DNA from: Candidatus Bathyarchaeota archaeon
GTDB lineage: Archaea > Thermoproteota > Bathyarchaeia > 40CM-2-53-6
Length of the DNA: 64,000 nucleotides
NCBI GenBank assembly: GCA_963706285.1
Contig: CAVPLU010000008.1
Location: 1 to 64,000, forward strand
Reading direction: 5' to 3'
Both the position numbers and the translations under genes were made by a program. Numbering within the stretch: position 1 is the first letter of the stretch; every line of letters begins with the position of its first letter. Below, piece by piece: positions 61,494 through 64,000 of the stretch. Below the pieces are notes generated by a model, which worked only from the letters and a program-made list of their open reading frames with translations, did not search any database and was not told the origin of the DNA.

Positions 61494-62260
61494 AGTCTCA
61501 TCTCGACTCCGTTCTGCTTTAGGTAGTTCTTCACAGTGGGGATCGTGAAGGTTCCGTAGTGGAAGATAGACGCAGCCAGCGCTGCATCTGCGGACGTTTG
61601 ATTGAACACTGCGAGGAAATGCTCCAGCATGCCGCATCCACCGCTGGCGATCACCGGCACCCTAACAGATGAACAGACCGCGTTCGTAAGCGGAAGGTCG
61701 AAGCCATCCAAGGTTCCATCGCGATCAATCGAGGTAAGCAGTATCTCGCCTGCGCCTGCTTGTTCGCATCGACGCGCCCATTCCAGCGCGTCCAGCTGAG
61801 TTTTGGTTCTAGCGCCGTAAGTTTGAACTTGGAACCACTCCTTCCCGTCACGGAGAACCCGGGTCGCATCTATGGCAACTACAACGCATTGTTGTCCGAA
61901 GATGTCAGCGATCTCAGTGATAAGCGAAGGTTTCTCAACGGCGGCGGTGTTCACAGCCACCTTATCTGCTCCTGAGCATAGAATCTCTCTCACGTCATCC
62001 AGATCTCGAATACCGCCGCCTACTGTGAATGGTATGTCTAGCACGCGTGCGGCGTCCTTGACTAGGTTGATGCGGATCTCCCTCTTTTCAACGGACGCCG
62101 TTATGTCCAAGAAGACAAGTTCGTCGGCTCCTTGGTCGCGGTAGAGGGAGGCAAGCTCAACTGGGTCGCCTGCATCCCTTAGGTCAACGAAATGTTTCCC
62201 CTTCACGACGCGTCCATCTCTAACGTCGAGACATGGAATGATGCGTTTCGCCAGAGGCAT
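61490..62260 (-). CDS. hisF: Imidazole glycerol phosphate synthase cyclase
   Basis: [51 protein letters not shown]. Confidence 0.98.
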   Translation of the reverse strand: MPLAKRIIPCLDVRDGRVVKGKHFVDLRDAGDPVELASLYRDQGADELVFLDITASVEKREIRINLVKDAARVLDIPFTVGGGIRDLDDVREILCSGADKVAVNTAAVEKPSLITEIADIFGQQCVVVAIDATRVLRDGKEWFQVQTYGARTKTQLDALEWARRCEQAGAGEILLTSIDRDGTLDGFDLPLTNAVCSSVRVPVIASGGCGMLEHFLAVFNQTSADAALAASIFHYGTFTIPTVKNYLKQNGVEMRL

Positions 62261-62264
62261 GCGG

Positions 62265-62984
62265 CTAGCCAGCTCCTGCTTTGACCGCGTCTGAAATCGG
62301 CAGAGTCCCTTCCAGGATGGCCTTGCCTACTATGACGGCGTAGGCTCCGGCATCTCTCAGCGCACCTATGTCGGTCGTGGATCTTACGCCGCCGCTCGCG
62401 AAAATCCTTGCCGCGTCATATCGTTGGCAGACTTGTCTGATCGTATCAACATCAGTCCCATCCATCATGCCATCTCGTTCTACGCAAGTGAGGAGGAAGC
62501 TGGACACATTCGCATGCATGAGATGTTGCAGGGCTTGATCCAGTTTGATGCCTGAGAGTTGTCGCCAACCATCGATGAGTACATCTTCACCGCGATAGTC
62601 AAGTGCGACGACAATCCTCGGCAGCGTAACGATTTCTACGATGTGATTGAATGTGGTTTCATCCGTTAAGGCAACTGTCCCGACTACAAGTGCGTCCGCC
62701 TCAGCTTCGATCAGTTCGCGTGCAATCGTCGCGGTTCGTATGCCGCCTCCAACTTGAATTGGCATTTCTGTCGATCGGGCGATCTGTCTGATTGCGTCGA
62801 GGTTGTTTCCTTGGCCGAAAGCTCCGTCTAGGTCTACAACATGAATTCCGTCTATTCCGGTTCCTGACCAAGACCGAGCTAAAGCAGCGGGATCGGTTGA
62901 GTAGATCTTAGCATCACTCGCTCGGCCTTTTGTTAGTCTGACAACCTTTCCTCCCATAAGGTCGATTGCAGGGTACACTCTCAT
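62265..62984 (-). CDS. hisA: ProFAR isomerase
   Basis: PAIDL.GGKVVRL, HVVDLDGA, QVGGGIR, ERDG, ASGG, VGKA. Confidence 0.96.
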   Translation of the reverse strand: MRVYPAIDLMGGKVVRLTKGRASDAKIYSTDPAALARSWSGTGIDGIHVVDLDGAFGQGNNLDAIRQIARSTEMPIQVGGGIRTATIARELIEAEADALVVGTVALTDETTFNHIVEIVTLPRIVVALDYRGEDVLIDGWRQLSGIKLDQALQHLMHANVSSFLLTCVERDGMMDGTDVDTIRQVCQRYDAARIFASGGVRSTTDIGALRDAGAYAVIVGKAILEGTLPISDAVKAGAG

Positions 62985-62991
62985 CGTTAGG

Positions 62992-63591
62992 TTACCTTCT
63001 CAGGATCTTCGCAAAGTTGCGAAGCAACATCGCGCCCACTTTCCCAGATTTCTCCGGGTGGAACTGAGTACCAATCAGGTTCCCGGACTCGATGACCGAC
63101 GGAAACGTTACTCCGTAGTCTGTTTTTGCTACAACTATCGATTCATCCGTGCGCGGGTAGTACGAATGGACGAAGTAGCACCAGGAGCCTTCATTCACTC
63201 CTTCAAGGATCACATTAGGCTTGATGAATTCCAGTTGGTTCCATCCCATGTGCGGTATCTTCACTGAATCCGGCAGCCGCACAACCTCACCTTTGATTAG
63301 GCTCAACCCGTCGGACGGCCCCTCCTCGCTTGAGTCGAGAATCAGCTGCATGCCGAGGCAGATCCCGAGGACGGGTCGTCCTTGCGCTGCAATTTCAGAG
63401 ATTCGATTCCGATACGGTCTCAGTCTCATCATTGCAGGTTTGAAGTTGCCAACACCCGGCAGAACTAGGCCGTCAAATTCAGAGCTTTCTGGGATTTCGT
63501 CAACGACTTTGGCGTCGAGCCCTTGGCGTCTTAGGGCTAGGGCTATGTTGAACAGGTTTCCAGCACCGTAGTCGAAGACTGCGACGCTCAA
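62992..63591 (-). CDS. hisH: IGP synthase glutaminase
   Basis: DYGAGN, LPGVG, GICLGMQ, PHMGWN, YFVHSY, QFHPEKSG. Confidence 0.97.
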   Translation of the reverse strand: MSVAVFDYGAGNLFNIALALRRQGLDAKVVDEIPESSEFDGLVLPGVGNFKPAMMRLRPYRNRISEIAAQGRPVLGICLGMQLILDSSEEGPSDGLSLIKGEVVRLPDSVKIPHMGWNQLEFIKPNVILEGVNEGSWCYFVHSYYPRTDESIVVAKTDYGVTFPSVIESGNLIGTQFHPEKSGKVGAMLLRNFAKILRR

Positions 63592-64000
63592 CTACACTGC
63601 TCCCTTTGAGCTTGCAGGCCCGCTTTGACGCGGGTCGATCGTGCATGCTTGTCTGAGGGAAAGGGCAAGCGCCTTGAACGCCGCCTCGACATTGTGGTGG
63701 TCGTTCTCGCCGTACTGGACTCTGATATGCAGGCTGGCTTTGAGCGATGTCGCGAACGATTGGATGAAGTGGGCTATGTCCTCGTTCTTCAGTCCCTCGA
63801 TCGCTGCGTTCGCGATCTTCAACTCAACAGATGAATACGGACGACGCGCCAAGTCCACGGACGCGAGAGCTAATGCATCATCCATTGGCACCAAAGCCCA
63901 GCCAAAGCGTGTAATCCCGTTTCTTTCGCCGAGCGCCTTGGATATGGTTTCTCCAAGCGTGATCGCCGTATCCTCCACGATGTGGTGTGAGAGATCGCCG
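63592..64000 (-). CDS. hisB: Imidazoleglycerol-phosphate dehydratase (5' end outside window)
   Basis: GDLSHHIVED, PMDDAL, GENDHH.VEA.FKA, SSKG. Confidence 0.95.
   Translation of the reverse strand, partial: GDLSHHIVEDTAITLGETISKALGERNGITRFGWALVPMDDALALASVDLARRPYSSVELKIANAAIEGLKNEDIAHFIQSFATSLKASLHIRVQYGENDHHNVEAAFKALALSLRQACTIDPRQSGPASSKGAV

Noticed and set aside
1-64000. CRISPR array or cas genes
   Set aside because: I saw no regularly spaced 25-40 bp repeats with unique spacers. The periodic repeats found are coding (PD40, Thr linker) or short operator-like arrays.

Overview
Archaeal chromosomal DNA. The thermosome, RG-tailed single-OB SSB, JAMM protease, BRE/TATA promoters and BHB tRNA introns point to a TACK archaeon, and Bathyarchaeia is my best inference. 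Many conserved genes carry single-base frameshifts that look like long-read assembly errors. Layout: (1) 1-8 kb is accessory DNA with a truncated NACHT/STAND-type gene, an HhH-like gene, two tRNA 3'-end remnants, pirin, a metallophosphoesterase, an AbiEi relic and a wHTH-NTase/DUF6036 toxin-antitoxin-like pair. (2) 8-21 kb is a convergent de novo purine cluster (purE-C-B-M-S-L-Q >< folD-purN-purN2-purD-purF) with no purK, purH, purP or purO. (3) 21-50 kb is mostly housekeeping genes. (4) A tRNA-Leu(CAG) with two non-canonical introns sits at 50150, followed by decayed DNA, a DUF4062 gene and a complete NHEJ operon (Pol, Ku, Lig-PE, plus DUF72). (5) The window ends in a his operon whose hisI is fused to a phosphoribosyltransferase domain. 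Most notable: a ~210-bp diverged repeat linking the tRNA-Leu 3' end and the pirin 5' region at 2.4 kb and 50.3 kb, the HisI-PRTase fusion, tandem PurN-type formyltransferases, the archaeal Ku/LigD operon and an RHH gene behind a TAAGCA repeat array. All family assignments come from motif recognition, not database searches.
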